DNA of 61,106 nucleotides, filler included. It is 3 parts of 3 records of this genome, joined end to end, with 100 filler letters (N's around TTAATTAATTAA, not from the genome) between each part and the next. Parts side by side here need not be neighbours in the genome. Positions count along the whole stretch, not along the records: positions 34,979 to 61,106 come from DRR378314_439; 2 more parts are not named here. One strand, written 5' to 3'. This document shows positions 60,709-61,106 of the stretch, in pieces. A program made the translations under genes and the position numbers. The notes beneath the pieces were generated by a model. It saw only the letters and a list, made by a program, of their open reading frames with translations. It did no database searches and had not been told where the DNA came from. Numbering within the stretch: the stretch's first letter is position 1; every line of letters starts with the position of its first letter.

Positions 60709-61106
60709 TTACTCGTCTGCGAACCAACAAATGTTACGCGCAGCCATTATCAGCTCACCTGCTTGTTCAGGTGACAGCTCAGTAATATCAACTAACTCGT
60801 CGATACCCTGTTCAGCCAAATCTTCAAGCGTTACTACACCTTTACTTGCCATTACAAATGCAAGGTGACGCTCTAACCCTTCTAATGCTAATAAGTCTTC
60901 AGCAGGCTCAGCACCTTCTAGGCTTTCTTCAGTTTTTAATGCTTTAGTTGTTAGAGCATCTTTTGCACGTGAACGTAACACGTCAACCGTATCTTCATCT
61001 AGGCCGTCAATTTCTAAAAACTCTGACGCTGGCACATAAGCCACTTCTTCAAGTGTTGAGAAGCCTTCGTTGATAAGCAACGTTGCAAAGTCATCATCAA
61101 TATCTA
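60709..61106 (-). CDS. nusA: NusA C-terminal acidic repeats; 5' part lies outside the window
   Basis: [31 protein letters not shown]; upstream of infB. Confidence 0.95.
   Translation of the reverse strand, partial: DIDDDFATLLINEGFSTLEEVAYVPASEFLEIDGLDEDTVDVLRSRAKDALTTKALKTEESLEGAEPAEDLLALEGLERHLAFVMASKGVVTLEDLAEQGIDELVDITELSPEQAGELIMAARNICWFADE

Overview
The window joins three unrelated contigs with artificial 100-nt spacers (N44-TTAATTAATTAA-N44 at 26722-26821 and 34879-34978). Taxa are inferred from protein sequences and composition. (1) 1-26721 is GC-rich and Rhodobacteraceae/Ruegeria-like. It has a peptide-type ABC operon plus ALDH, pncB/pncA, trhO, a small K+ channel, a small gene preceded by a LexA box, and betB with a BetI-type palindrome followed by a decayed FAD-oxidoreductase remnant. 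It also has an isolated flagellar motor block (motA, motE, fliL, fliF, fliH, fliN, fliP) and an OmpR-type two-component system next to a glucose-type ABC transporter. (2) 26822-34878 is GC-rich and Marinobacter-like: start of the dcw cluster (mraZ-rsmH-ftsL-ftsI), rnpB, rsmI, lpoA-yraN-diaA/gmhA-like, sspAB. (3) 34979-61106 is AT-rich and Pseudoalteromonas-like: DUF2804 protein, BCCT transporter, RND+MFP, MCP, a group-2 Mrp antiporter operon, a metzincin-like gene overlapping nlpI, and nusA-infB-rbfA-truB-rpsO-pnp. No CRISPR array, tRNA, rRNA or intact mobile element was seen. Most of the window is ordinary. The best leads are the nlpI-coupled M64-like metallopeptidase, the putative SOS-regulated two-repeat protein, and the hidden dimethylglycine-dehydrogenase-like pseudogene after betB.
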